Translations under genes and position numbers: made by a program
Shown here: in pieces, positions 38,958-48,704 of the stretch
How positions within the stretch are numbered: position 1 is the first letter of the stretch
How the letters are laid out: every line of letters begins with the position of its first letter
DNA from: an uncultured Bacillota bacterium
Lineage (GTDB): Bacteria > Sysuimicrobiota > Sysuimicrobiia > Sysuimicrobiales > Segetimicrobiaceae
Direction: 5' to 3'
Assembly (NCBI GenBank): GCA_963804645.1
Contig: CAWDRG010000022.1
Coordinates: 111,642-175,641, forward strand
DNA length: 64,000 bases
The notes under the pieces: model-generated
What the model was told of the DNA's origin: nothing
Seen by the model: only the letters and a program-made list of their open reading frames with translations
Databases searched by the model: none

Positions 38958-39520
38958 AATTCTCCGGTATGTCGCTCGTCGAGGTGGCCGCACTCGTCGC
39001 TGCACATTTGAAGACTTATGGAATTGAGGTTGTCGTTGTCGGCGGCAGCGCCATCACGTGTCATGTTCCTGCGGTGTATACCTCGATGGATATTGACTTT
39101 GCCGTCACGTCGGGCATCGATCGACGCAGGATCACCCGTGCGTTGCACGAACTCGGCTTTGAGTTACGCGGGCGAGTCTTTGTCCATCCTGACACCATGT
39201 ATCCACTGGACTTTGTGGCAGATCGACCATATGTCGAGCAGGACCCCATCTATGACTTTGCGGCGATTCATACGCCCACAGGTACCGTCCAAGTCCTCCG
39301 CCTCGAAGACGCCATCGCCGATCGCATCGCCGCATTCCTTCACTGGAGTGATTCCGAATCGCTCGAGGTGGCGGTACGCGCTGCAATCGCTGCACGAGAT
39401 CGGCTGACGTGGCCACGCGTGAGCGCTGCGTTACGAAGACTGGATACAACGTCGCCAGACACTGAGCAGCGCATGACCTTAGCACACGTGCGATTGAGGC
39501 GCGCGATCGCGGACGCATAG
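38954..39520 (+). CDS. Nucleotidyltransferase-fold protein (putative toxin)
   Basis: VVVVGGSA....YTSMDIDF (GG/S..DxD pol-beta-type motif). Confidence 0.72.
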   Translation: MKFSGMSLVEVAALVAAHLKTYGIEVVVVGGSAITCHVPAVYTSMDIDFAVTSGIDRRRITRALHELGFELRGRVFVHPDTMYPLDFVADRPYVEQDPIYDFAAIHTPTGTVQVLRLEDAIADRIAAFLHWSDSESLEVAVRAAIAARDRLTWPRVSAALRRLDTTSPDTEQRMTLAHVRLRRAIADA

Positions 39521-39622
39521 CAACAGGCCCAACGATCGCTCTCGTCGAACGTGGCGCGCGTCGAAATACCTCGTCTAAGAGAGCAACACCCCGATTCGGG
39601 TCACGCTGGCGCTTATCGGGCA

Positions 39623-39973
39623 TGGTGGAGGCGGCGGGAATCGAACCCGCGTCCTGAAGCCGCGAGGGCAGGGCATCTACGCGCGTATCCTGCGGTTTGG
39701 TGTCGCGGGACCGGACTCCCGCAGGCCGGATTCCAATCCCGCCAGCTCTCTAGGTCTTAGCCGGCCCTCCCGGAGCGAGGAGAACCGGAGCATCCGGCTG
39801 GTGACGCTCGATCCCCGCCCGCCGGCGCTGCGGGGGGAGCGACGCTACTTAATTAAGCAGCGTATGCGAGCTGATTGTCGGCGTGTATGCGCCGTCCAGT
39901 TGTTTAACGAGGACCTGGACCACCTCGGCGCGCCACCCTGCTTCTGCCTGCTCAGTCGAAGCCGTTCGCCCCC
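39623..39973 (-). ncRNA. ssrA: tmRNA
   Basis: 5' GGGGGCG pairs with 3' CGCCTCC-ACCA including the G3:U alanine wobble; T-arm GCGGG-TTCGATT-CCCGC; tag ORF 39882-39853 ADNQLAYAA*; 351 nt. Confidence 0.97.
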
Positions 39974-40017
39974 ATCGATTGATGTACCGGAGCCTCATAC
40001 AGGCCCCGGCCAACCTC

Positions 40018-40026
40018 ATTATACCA
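40018..40026 (-). promoter_or_regulatory. Extended -10 promoter of ssrA
   Basis: TGGTATAAT about 45 nt upstream of the mature 5' end. Confidence 0.75.
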
Positions 40027-40214
40027 CGCGCCGCACATCCGCCATCCCCTCCGGTCCGTACGCGTCGAGCGCGGTGCGCGATCCGGCCGGAGCGAGGGAC
40101 CGAGTTGTTCCAGCGTGAAGTACTCAGGGATTCCACCGGCACGCGAGGCCGCGCCCGATCGCGGAGCCAGTACGGCCGGCGAGGGCGCAACCGACCACAT
40201 TGGGGGGGCAGCCG

Positions 40215-41636
40215 ATGAACACGACCGATCTGTGCTTTACACCGGCGACCGAGCTCAAGCAACTCATTGCCGCGCGCAAGCTTTCCCCCGTCGAGCTCGT
40301 GGACGCCATCTTGACGCGCATCGAGCAGCTGAACCCCATCCTCAACGCGTACCTGACCGTGACGCCGGATCTCGCGCGGGCCCGGGCCCGCGAGTCCGAG
40401 GCCCGGGCCCGCGCCGGCACTCTCCGCGGCCCGCTCGACGGCATCCCCTATTCGGTCAAGGACCTCGAGCTGACGGCGGGCGTCCGCACGACCTTTGGGT
40501 CGAAGTGGTTCGAGCACAACGTGCCTGACACGGACGGGGCGGTCGCGGCGCGCCTGAAGAGGGCCGACGGGGTGCTTCTCGGCAAGACGAACACTCCGCA
40601 CTACGGCCACAAAGATATGGCCGACAATCTGATCGGTCCGCCGTGCTGGAATCCCTGGAAACTCGATCGCACCTCGGGGGGATCGTCGGGCGGGGCGTGC
40701 GCCGCGGTGGCCTCGGGGCTCGGGCCCCTCGCGCACGGATCCGACGGCGCGGGCTCGATCCGGATCCCGGCGGCCCTGTGCGGCGTCTTCGGTCTGAAGC
40801 CCTCGCTCGGGCGCATCCCGTACTACCCGAGCCCGGACCTGTGGGCCGGACGCTCTCACAACGGCCCGATCACGCGCACGGTCCGCGACGCAGCGCTGAT
40901 GCTGGGCGTCATGGCGGGCCCGGACCCCCGAGACCCCCTCACCATCGATGCGCCGCCGGAGGACTACGTGGCCGCCTGCGACGGTGAGATCAAAGGCCTC
41001 CGCGTCGCGTGGAGCGGTGATCTCGGATTCGGGGCCTGCGACCCCGAGGTGCGGCGGATCGCGGAAGCCGCCGCGCGCCGCTTCACCGACCTCGGCTGCA
41101 CGGTCGAGGCGCCAACCGTCACCTGGCCGAACCCGCGCGAGTTCCACAAGATCATCTGGGAGGTCAGCGTCGGCACTCGCAACCTCGAGCACGCGCTCGA
41201 ACGCCCCGACTGGATCGAGCCGAGCCTCGCCCAGATGGTCATCAACGCCGGCCGCGTGAGCGCGATTGACTTTCAGAAGGCCCTGCTCGCGCGGACCGAG
41301 TTCACGAACGCGGTGACCCGGTTCTTCGAGGATTACGACCTACTGCTGACGCCGCAGATGCCGATCGGGGCCTGGTCGGGCGCACCCGGCGCCAACCAAG
41401 GCCCGCGCGACATCGACGGCCGGCCGGGGACGATGTTCGACCGGCTCTGCTTCACCTACCCATTCAACCTGACGGGGCAGCCGGCCGCGTCGGTCCCGTG
41501 CGGGTTCACGTCCGAGGGGCTCCCGGTCGGCCTGCAGGTCGTCGGCCGCTGGCACGCCGACGCGCTCGTGCTGCGCGCGTCCGCGGCGTTTGAGGCCGCC
41601 CAGCCGTGGGCGGACCGCCGCCCGCCGGTGGGTTAG
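40215..41636 (+). CDS. Amidase signature family protein
   Basis: LDGIPYSVKD, GGSSGG, GSDGAGSIRIPA, GLPVGLQ. Confidence 0.93.
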   Translation: MNTTDLCFTPATELKQLIAARKLSPVELVDAILTRIEQLNPILNAYLTVTPDLARARARESEARARAGTLRGPLDGIPYSVKDLELTAGVRTTFGSKWFEHNVPDTDGAVAARLKRADGVLLGKTNTPHYGHKDMADNLIGPPCWNPWKLDRTSGGSSGGACAAVASGLGPLAHGSDGAGSIRIPAALCGVFGLKPSLGRIPYYPSPDLWAGRSHNGPITRTVRDAALMLGVMAGPDPRDPLTIDAPPEDYVAACDGEIKGLRVAWSGDLGFGACDPEVRRIAEAAARRFTDLGCTVEAPTVTWPNPREFHKIIWEVSVGTRNLEHALERPDWIEPSLAQMVINAGRVSAIDFQKALLARTEFTNAVTRFFEDYDLLLTPQMPIGAWSGAPGANQGPRDIDGRPGTMFDRLCFTYPFNLTGQPAASVPCGFTSEGLPVGLQVVGRWHADALVLRASAAFEAAQPWADRRPPVG

Positions 41637-42292
41637 GCGAGCGGCGCGCCCCCGAGGATGAGGACGTGCACGTCCCCGGGGCCGTGGACCCCGGTCACGT
41701 GCTGGAGGTCGATGTCGGCGGTCCCGCTGGGTCCCGAGATGAGGGTCACCGTGTGCTCCACCGGCGACGCCGACAGCGCCGTGAACAGGTCGTCGAGACT
41801 CGGCAGCACCGCCTCCGCCCGCAGCACCGCCACGTGAAGCGGCGGGACCAGTGACAGGCTGCGCGGCTGCGACGGGCGCGAGACTTCGACGAGCGTCGCG
41901 GTCTCGGCGACGGCGTAGGTGGGGACCGTCACCCCTGCGTCAATCTGCGGGAGCACCGCATGCACCGCCTCGAGCGAACGCGGCGGCTCGACCAGCGCCA
42001 TGCCGGCGGCTTCGATCGCCCGGGCGAGCCCGATCTCCGCAAGCAGCGGGTCCGTCGAGAGCACGACGCGCTTGACTCCCGCGGCGGCCAGCACGCCCAC
42101 CACGGCCGCCGCGCCGGCTGCGTCGGCCGCCTGCGCGCACGCCGCGTGGGGACGCCGCCACCGCTGCGCGAACTGCGCGAGCGCGGGGCCGCGGTCGCGC
42201 GCGGGCGACGGCGCCAGAAAATTCGGGGCCACTCCCGGCGGCTGCGCGCCGGTCGCGGCGCTGACCCGCGCAAGGAACGCGTCACGCGTCAC
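41633..42292 (-). CDS. lutC: Lactate utilisation protein C (LUD domain)
   Basis: VAETATL, RSLSLVPPLHVAV, ISGPSGTADI...GVHGP. Confidence 0.85.
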   Translation of the reverse strand: MTRDAFLARVSAATGAQPPGVAPNFLAPSPARDRGPALAQFAQRWRRPHAACAQAADAAGAAAVVGVLAAAGVKRVVLSTDPLLAEIGLARAIEAAGMALVEPPRSLEAVHAVLPQIDAGVTVPTYAVAETATLVEVSRPSQPRSLSLVPPLHVAVLRAEAVLPSLDDLFTALSASPVEHTVTLISGPSGTADIDLQHVTGVHGPGDVHVLILGGAPLA

Positions 42293-43736
42293 GGCTGCCC
42301 GTCCCCGCGTCCGGCCGGCCCGACGCGCCGCCGCCATCGAGGAATGACGCGCGCGGCGGCGCCGGAAAGTCCCGCCGGCGCGTCCAGCTCCCCAGCGGCC
42401 CCGGGAGCCGCGGAATCCGATCGCCGCGCACGAACGGCCGGAGCGCCGCACGCAGCGCGCGGCCGGCCCACGCCCAGCGCGTGGGGGTCGCGGCGGCCCA
42501 CGCGTATCCCTGCATCGCGAGCCGCTCGAACGGGGTCACCCCCTCCCCTGCCGCGGCGGCGCGCCGCCGCATCACGAGGAGCAGCTTCGGCAGATCGATC
42601 TTGACCGGACAGACCTCCTGGCAGTATCCGCACAGCGAGCTCGCGAAGGGCAGCGTCCCGGCGCGCTCCAGCCCCTGGTACAGCGGGGTCAGCACGGCGC
42701 CGATCGGCCCCGAGTAGATGCTGCCGTAGGCGTGGCCGCCGGCGCGCTCGTACACCGGGCAGACGTTGAGGCACGCGGCGCACCGAATGCACTGCAGCGA
42801 TTCGCGCACCTCCCTATCGGCCAGGATCCGGCTGCGGCCGTTGTCCAGCACGACGACGTGCAGCTCGTCGGGCCCGTCGGCCTCTCCGGCACGCCGGGGC
42901 CCGGTGATCATCGACACGTACTCCGCCATCCGCCCCCCGGTCGCGCTGAGCGGCAGCACGCGCAGCATCACCGCGAGCGCAGCAAGGTTCGGGACGAGCT
43001 TCTCCATCCCCATCACCGCGACGTGGATGCGCGGCAGCGTCGTGACCATGCGGGCGTTGCCCTCGTTTTCGAAGACGACGAGCGTGCCCGTCTCGGCGAC
43101 GCCGAAGTTGACCCCGCTGATGCCCATCTCGGCGCGCAGGAATCGCTCCCGCAGATAGGTCCGCGCCGCTCGGGTCAGCTGCTCCGGCACCGTCGTCGGC
43201 GCCGCGCCGATCTTCGCGGCGAACAGAGCCCCGATCTCGGCGCGGCTCCGATGAATCGCCGGGGCGACGAAGTGAATCGGGGCCTCCTCCCCCAACTGGA
43301 CGATGAACTCGCCGAGGTCGGTCTCCGTCACCTCGATCCCATCGCGCTCGAGCGACGGGTTGAGCTCGATCTCGTCCGTGGTCGACGACTTGCTCTTGAT
43401 GATCCGCCGCACGCCGCGCCGCCGCGCGAGGTCGCCGATGATGCGGCGCGCCTCGGCGCCGTCGCCCGCCCAGTGCACCTGGCCCCCGGCCGCACGCACG
43501 TTCCGGTCGAAGTGGTCGAGGTAGGTGTCGAGGTGCGCCAGCGTGTGCGCCTTGATCGTCCGCGCCTGCTCGCGCCACTCCTCCCACCCGGCAAAGTCCT
43601 TGAGCACCTCCGCGCGCCGGGCGCGGAAGACGTGCACGGCGTGGCCGACGTTGTGTTGAAACGCCGGGTCGTCGAGGACCCGCCGTGCGTGGTCGAGAAA
43701 CTCAATCGGCCCGTCGGAGGCGTGGTCGGCCGTCAT
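42282..43736 (-). CDS. lutB: Lactate utilisation protein B (Fe-S)
   Basis: KSKS, ETDLGEFIVQL, ENEGNAR, CIRCAACLNVCP, SSLCGYCQEVCP. Confidence 0.9.
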   Translation of the reverse strand: MTADHASDGPIEFLDHARRVLDDPAFQHNVGHAVHVFRARRAEVLKDFAGWEEWREQARTIKAHTLAHLDTYLDHFDRNVRAAGGQVHWAGDGAEARRIIGDLARRRGVRRIIKSKSSTTDEIELNPSLERDGIEVTETDLGEFIVQLGEEAPIHFVAPAIHRSRAEIGALFAAKIGAAPTTVPEQLTRAARTYLRERFLRAEMGISGVNFGVAETGTLVVFENEGNARMVTTLPRIHVAVMGMEKLVPNLAALAVMLRVLPLSATGGRMAEYVSMITGPRRAGEADGPDELHVVVLDNGRSRILADREVRESLQCIRCAACLNVCPVYERAGGHAYGSIYSGPIGAVLTPLYQGLERAGTLPFASSLCGYCQEVCPVKIDLPKLLLVMRRRAAAAGEGVTPFERLAMQGYAWAAATPTRWAWAGRALRAALRPFVRGDRIPRLPGPLGSWTRRRDFPAPPRASFLDGGGASGRPDAGTGSRDA

Positions 43737-44467
43737 GGACGGGTCTCGTCCCGGGCCAGGATCTCGGCCAGGTGCAGCGGGCGGACGCCGGCGCCCGCCC
43801 GAGACAGCCCGCCGCCGAGGTGCATCAGGCACGATACGTCCGTCCCGGTGACCACCGCGGCCCCGGTCTCCCGCACCGCGTCGACCTTGGACCGCAGCAT
43901 CGCGCCGGACAGCGGCTCCATCTTGACCGCGAACGCCCCGCCGAAGCCGCAGCACTCGTCGGCCGCCGGCAGCGCGACGTACTCGAGACCGCGCACGGCG
44001 CGCAGCAGCCGCAGCGGCGCCTCATACAGGCCGAGTTCGCGATACCCGTGACAGGACACGAGATACGTGACGCGGCCGGGAAAGGTCGCGCCGACGTCGG
44101 TCAGTCCGAGGCGCGCGACCAGAAACTCCGACAGTTCGTACGTGCGCGCGCCCACCGCGCGCGCGAGCTCCACGCCGGCCGGGTCCCCCTCAAACAACAC
44201 CGGGTAAAAGTGCCGGACCATCCCGGCGCACGATCCCGACGGGGTCACGATCGCGTCCGCGTCCGCGAACGTCTCGAGGTGATGCCGCGCGATCCGCCGC
44301 GCCTCGTCCCAGAACCCGTCGTTGAACGGCAGTTGGCCGCAGCACGTCTGCGCCGGGGGCACGTCGACCTCCGCGCCGACCCGCTCCAGCACGCGCACCG
44401 CCGCCCGCGCAACATCGGGGAACAGTTGATCCACGAGGCAGGTTGTGAAGAGCGCGACGCGCGTCAT
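43733..44467 (-). CDS. lutA: Lactate utilisation protein A (CCG domains)
   Basis: LFTTCLVD, QTCCGQ, PSGSC, ECCGFGG.FAVK. Confidence 0.9.
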   Translation of the reverse strand: MTRVALFTTCLVDQLFPDVARAAVRVLERVGAEVDVPPAQTCCGQLPFNDGFWDEARRIARHHLETFADADAIVTPSGSCAGMVRHFYPVLFEGDPAGVELARAVGARTYELSEFLVARLGLTDVGATFPGRVTYLVSCHGYRELGLYEAPLRLLRAVRGLEYVALPAADECCGFGGAFAVKMEPLSGAMLRSKVDAVRETGAAVVTGTDVSCLMHLGGGLSRAGAGVRPLHLAEILARDETRP

Positions 44468-44707
44468 GGTGGGTACGGCTCAGCTTCTCGCCCGGTCCGA
44501 GCCGCACCTGCGCCGGCGGACCCGTTTCGGCCGCCGACGGCACGGGGGAAAATTATCGCCGCTGAGGAGGAAGCGCGAAAGAGGCCACGCACCATGCTTG
44601 CGCTGTTCGTGCTCGCGGGCGTGATCTTGTGGGCAACCGATCGTCTGATCGTCAGGTGAGCGCCCAGGGGCGGGCGGTGCACGCGCGTGAGACGGAAGGG
44701 CCCGCGG

Positions 44708-45220
44708 CTACGACTCGGACCGCGGGGCGCGGCGGGCGGGCCGGGGCGTCCGCGCGCCGAGCGCGCGGGCTATCCTCCGCTCCGCGTCGCGCTCCGCGAT
44801 CCGCTCCCGCTTGTCGAACTCGCGGCGGCCCCGCGCCACGCCCAGCTCGACCTTGGCCACCCCGTTGCGAAAATACAGCTTGAGCGGCACGAGCGTGTAG
44901 CCCTTCTGGTCGGCGCGGTCGGCGAGGCGCAGGATCTCCCGGCGGTGCAGCAGGAGCTTGCGCGTGCGCAGCGGGTCGTGATTATTGATGTTCCCCTGCT
45001 CGTACGGACTGATGTGGAGGTGGTACAGCCACGCCTCCCCGTCCTGCACCCTGGCGTAGGCGTCTTGGAGGTTCGCCCGCCCGGCGCGCAGCGATTTCAC
45101 CTCGGTCCCGGTCAGGGCCAGGCCGGCTTCGTGGGATTCCTCGATCCAGTATTCGTGGCGCGCCCGGCGGTTCGTGATCACCGGGCGAGCCCCGTCGGCG
45201 TCGGCCGCGCGCTTGGCCAC
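44708..45220 (-). CDS. smpB: SsrA-binding protein
   Basis: NRRARHEY, EAGLALTGTEVKSLR, RKLLLHRREI, DKRE. Confidence 0.96.
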   Translation of the reverse strand: MAKRAADADGARPVITNRRARHEYWIEESHEAGLALTGTEVKSLRAGRANLQDAYARVQDGEAWLYHLHISPYEQGNINNHDPLRTRKLLLHRREILRLADRADQKGYTLVPLKLYFRNGVAKVELGVARGRREFDKRERIAERDAERRIARALGARTPRPARRAPRSES

Positions 45221-45224
45221 GGTG

Positions 45225-45611
45225 CTACCCCGCGCGCACGAACGTGCCGAGCCCGTCGGCGAGGCGCGTGCCGTCCGGCAGCTCCAGCGCCGCTTCGGCC
45301 GAGAACACCCGGCCGCGCTCCTCCACGACCGCGGCCGTCACGATCAGCCGGGCGCCGATCGGCGCCTCGCGCCGGAACCGCACCTCGAGCCGGGCGGTGA
45401 GCGTCTCCTGGCCCCGCATGTGGAACAGGTTGGCCATCGCGTCGTCGAGCGCGGCCGCCACGATCCCGCCGTGGAGCACGCCCTCGTAGCCCTGGTACTG
45501 GGGACCCGGCGTGAACTCCGCGCGGACCCGGCCGCCGTCCTGCACAAACCGCAGGCGGAGCCCGATGGGATTCTCCGGACCGCACGCGAAGCACTGGTGG
45601 GCGTCACGCAC
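45225..45611 (-). CDS. PaaI/hotdog-fold thioesterase
   Basis: CFACGPENPIGL, QGYEGVLHGG....LDDAM. Confidence 0.87.
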   Translation of the reverse strand: MRDAHQCFACGPENPIGLRLRFVQDGGRVRAEFTPGPQYQGYEGVLHGGIVAAALDDAMANLFHMRGQETLTARLEVRFRREAPIGARLIVTAAVVEERGRVFSAEAALELPDGTRLADGLGTFVRAG

Positions 45612-47577
45612 CGGCCTGCTCCTCCACGCCTTCGAGCTCCCCGTACAGCGCCTCGAGCGCCGCGCAGACTTCCTCGTAGCGCTCCACCGTGCGGCGCGCC
45701 CGGTCGGCGTCTCGATACAACTCGGGATCGCCCATCAGCCGGCTGAGATCCGTCTGCTCCGTCTCCAGCGCGGCGATCCTGGCGACGAGCTCGGAGGCGT
45801 TCGGGGCCGCGCCGCGCGACCCGGCGGCGCGCGTCTCGCCGCGCGCGCGGTCGCTGGGCGGTGTCGGCCGCACGGCCGCGGGCGGCGCGGCCGGACGCGG
45901 GACCGGGCGGCGCTCCCGCACGTCCGGCTGGGACGCGGCCTCGCGCGCCGCGAGCGCTGCGCGGTAGGCGTGGTACGGCCCGGCGGCCTCCACGACCGTC
46001 CCGCCGCCGAGCACCAAGAGACGCGAGGCCACGTGGTCGAGCAGGTAGCGGTCGTGGGAGACGAGCAGCATCGCACCGGGAAACGCGCGCAGGGCGCCTT
46101 CGAGCGCCTCGAGCGAAGGCAGATCGAGATGCGTCGTCGGCTCGTCGAGCAGCAGCACGTCGGGCCGATCCAGCACCAGCTTCGCGAGCGCGACCCGGCG
46201 CCGCTCGCCTCCGCTCAACTGGCCGATCCGCTTATACGCCGTCTCCCCGGAGAACAGAAACCGCCCCAGCAGCGTGCGCACCTGTTCGGGTGAGAGCGGC
46301 CGGCTCCCGAGCACCTCGTCGAGCACCGTGCGATCGAGATCGAGGGCCTCCTCGGCGTGCTGCGCGAAGTAGCCCAGCCGCACGCCCGGACCCAGCTCCA
46401 CGGTCCCCGACGTCGCGGGCTCGAGCCCGGCCGCGATCCGGAGGATCGTCGTCTTGCCCGTGCCGTTCGGGCCGATCATCCCGACTTTCTCGCCCCGACG
46501 GATCTCGAACGAGACCTGGCGCAGCACCTCGCGCTCGTCGAAGCGCTTCGTCAGGTTCCGAGCGCGCAGGACGAGCTGAGGGCCCCGCCGCGGCGCGTCG
46601 AGACGAAACGACAGCGTGCGGGCGTGCTTCGGGGCCGCGATCGGCTGGATCTTGGCCAGCCGCTTCTCGCGAGACTTGGCCTGCCGTGCGTTCTGACCAC
46701 CGCTGGCGTGATTGCGCCGGATGTAGTCCTTGAGCCCCTCGACCTCTTCCTGCTGGCGCTCGAACAGCTCCTGCTGCCGGGCCCGGCGCGCCACCCGCTC
46801 GGCCGCATAGTAGGAGTAATTGCCGGGGTAGTCTTCGATCCGGCCGTCCTCCAGCTCGAGCGTGCGCGTGGTCACCGCGTCGAGCAGGTACCGGTCGTGA
46901 CTGACCAGCAGCAGCGCCCCGCGGGACTGCGCGAGAAATCCCTGGAGCCATTCGAGCGCGTCGAGATCGAGATGGTTGGTCGGCTCGTCGAGCAGCAGCA
47001 TGTCGGGCCCCGACAGCAGGAGGCGCGCCAGCGCCGCGCGGGACCGCTGGCCGCCGCTCATCGACGCGAGCGGCTGCTCGAACTGCTCCTCTTCGAACCC
47101 GAGTCCGGCGAGGGTGCGGCGGATCTCCGCCTCGTACGTGAAGCCGCCGGTCGTCTCAAACCGGTCCCGGAGGCGGCCGTACTCTTCGAGCGCGCTGGCG
47201 AGCTTCGCGTCGTCGCCGTGCACCTCCGGAGACGCCATCAGCGCCTCGGCGTCCGCGAGACGCTGCTCCACCTGCCGGAGCCCCGCGAACGCCGCGGCCG
47301 CCTCTTCCCACAGCGTGTGCCCGTCGCTCACGTCCGGGATCTGCGCAAGGTAGCCCGCGCGTGCCCCGGGACGGAGGCTCACGGCGCCCCCATCCGCGTG
47401 GTCGAGGCCGGCGAGCAGCCGCAGCACGGTCGTCTTCCCCACGCCGTTGCGGCCGACGAGCCCGAGTTTCTCGCCCGGCTCGACGCCAAACGAAACGCCG
47501 GCGAGCACCGTGGTGTCGCCGTACGCCCTCGTCAGATTGGAGACGCTGAGTACTGGCATCGCCGAGTTCGATCCCAT
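45604..47577 (-). CDS. ABC-F family ATPase
   Basis: Two ABC domains (GRNGVGKTT, GPNGTGKTT), LLDEPTNHLD, no TM helices. Confidence 0.93.
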   Translation of the reverse strand: MGSNSAMPVLSVSNLTRAYGDTTVLAGVSFGVEPGEKLGLVGRNGVGKTTVLRLLAGLDHADGGAVSLRPGARAGYLAQIPDVSDGHTLWEEAAAAFAGLRQVEQRLADAEALMASPEVHGDDAKLASALEEYGRLRDRFETTGGFTYEAEIRRTLAGLGFEEEQFEQPLASMSGGQRSRAALARLLLSGPDMLLLDEPTNHLDLDALEWLQGFLAQSRGALLLVSHDRYLLDAVTTRTLELEDGRIEDYPGNYSYYAAERVARRARQQELFERQQEEVEGLKDYIRRNHASGGQNARQAKSREKRLAKIQPIAAPKHARTLSFRLDAPRRGPQLVLRARNLTKRFDEREVLRQVSFEIRRGEKVGMIGPNGTGKTTILRIAAGLEPATSGTVELGPGVRLGYFAQHAEEALDLDRTVLDEVLGSRPLSPEQVRTLLGRFLFSGETAYKRIGQLSGGERRRVALAKLVLDRPDVLLLDEPTTHLDLPSLEALEGALRAFPGAMLLVSHDRYLLDHVASRLLVLGGGTVVEAAGPYHAYRAALAAREAASQPDVRERRPVPRPAAPPAAVRPTPPSDRARGETRAAGSRGAAPNASELVARIAALETEQTDLSRLMGDPELYRDADRARRTVERYEEVCAALEALYGELEGVEEQAGA

Positions 47578-47649
47578 CCCGCGCGCCGTGCGCGCGACCC
47601 GCCAGAATGTACTAAGTTGCCGGACGTCGTGTCAAGCGCGGCAGCGCGC

Positions 47650-48174
47650 TCAGGCCTGATGCTCCCGCCCCCACTCGAGCGGCCGGTTCTGCAGCAGTTC
47701 GACGGCGTGGGGCAGGATGGGCAGCAGCACGTCCATCCACTCCCGCACGGCCTTCGGACTCCCCGGCAGGTTCACGATCAGCGTGTGGCCCCGGATGCCC
47801 GCGACGGCGCGCGAGAGCGCGGCCAGCGGCGAGCGCGCCGCGGTCGCCACGCGGGCCGCCTCGGGAATCCCCGGGACCTGCCGCTCGACGACGCGGAGCG
47901 TCGCCTCGGGCGTCACGTCGCGGCCCGCGACACCGCTGCCGCCGGTCGTCAGCACCAGGTCCACGCCGAGCGTGTCCGCCATGTCCGCGAGCGTCCGCGC
48001 GATCGTGTCGAGATCGTCCGGTACGGTGACGTGCACGACGATCTCGGCGCCCCGCGCGCCGAGCGTGTCCACGAGGTACTGGCCGCTGTCGTTCGCCCCG
48101 GCGCCCCGGCTGACGCGGTCGCTCGCGGTCAGGACGCCGCACCGCATGCCGCGCATCCGCCGCCCCTCGCTCAT
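47650..48174 (-). CDS. MogA/MoaB molybdopterin adenylyltransferase
   Basis: TASDR, LTTGGSG...[17 protein letters not shown]. Confidence 0.9.
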   Translation of the reverse strand: MSEGRRMRGMRCGVLTASDRVSRGAGANDSGQYLVDTLGARGAEIVVHVTVPDDLDTIARTLADMADTLGVDLVLTTGGSGVAGRDVTPEATLRVVERQVPGIPEAARVATAARSPLAALSRAVAGIRGHTLIVNLPGSPKAVREWMDVLLPILPHAVELLQNRPLEWGREHQA

Positions 48175-48704
48175 CGCGCGGCCCTCGCCCTGCGGCGCGC
48201 TTCTCCCGCGCGCACGTAGGTCCCAGACGCCCCCCCGGACTTCCGGACGAGCCGGATGTTCCGAATCACCATGCCGCGCTCGACCGCCTTCAGCATGTCA
48301 TACACGGTGAGCGCGGCCACCGCCACCGCGACGAGCGCCTCCATCTCGGCCCCGGTGCGGCCCAGGGTGCGCACCCGCGCTTCCACGCGCACGCACCGCC
48401 GACGGAGATCCGGCACCAGATCCACCGCCACCCCTGTCAGGGGGATCAGGTGGCAGAGCGGGATCAGCTCCCACGTCCGCTTGGCAGCCGCGATCGCGGC
48501 GACCTGTGCGACCGCGAGCACGTCGCCCTTGCGGGCCGTCCCCGCGGTGATGCGCCGCACCGTCGCCGCGGCCATCCCTACCTCGCCGCGGGCGACCGCG
48601 TCCCGCACGGTCTCCGGCTTCTCGCCGACGTCCACCATGCGGGCCCGCCCGCGCCGGTCGAGATGCGTGAGGCGGCCGCGCACCGGTGCCGGGCGCGCGC
48701 TCAC
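48171..48704 (-). CDS. moaC: Cyclic pyranopterin monophosphate synthase
   Basis: [43 protein letters not shown]. Confidence 0.93.
   Translation of the reverse strand: MSARPAPVRGRLTHLDRRGRARMVDVGEKPETVRDAVARGEVGMAAATVRRITAGTARKGDVLAVAQVAAIAAAKRTWELIPLCHLIPLTGVAVDLVPDLRRRCVRVEARVRTLGRTGAEMEALVAVAVAALTVYDMLKAVERGMVIRNIRLVRKSGGASGTYVRAGEARRRARAAR

Noticed and set aside
16198..39651. 29-nt repeats as a CRISPR array
   Set aside because: Spacing is 0.75-9 kb and contains genes, the repeat equals the tmRNA 3' end, and there are no cas genes.
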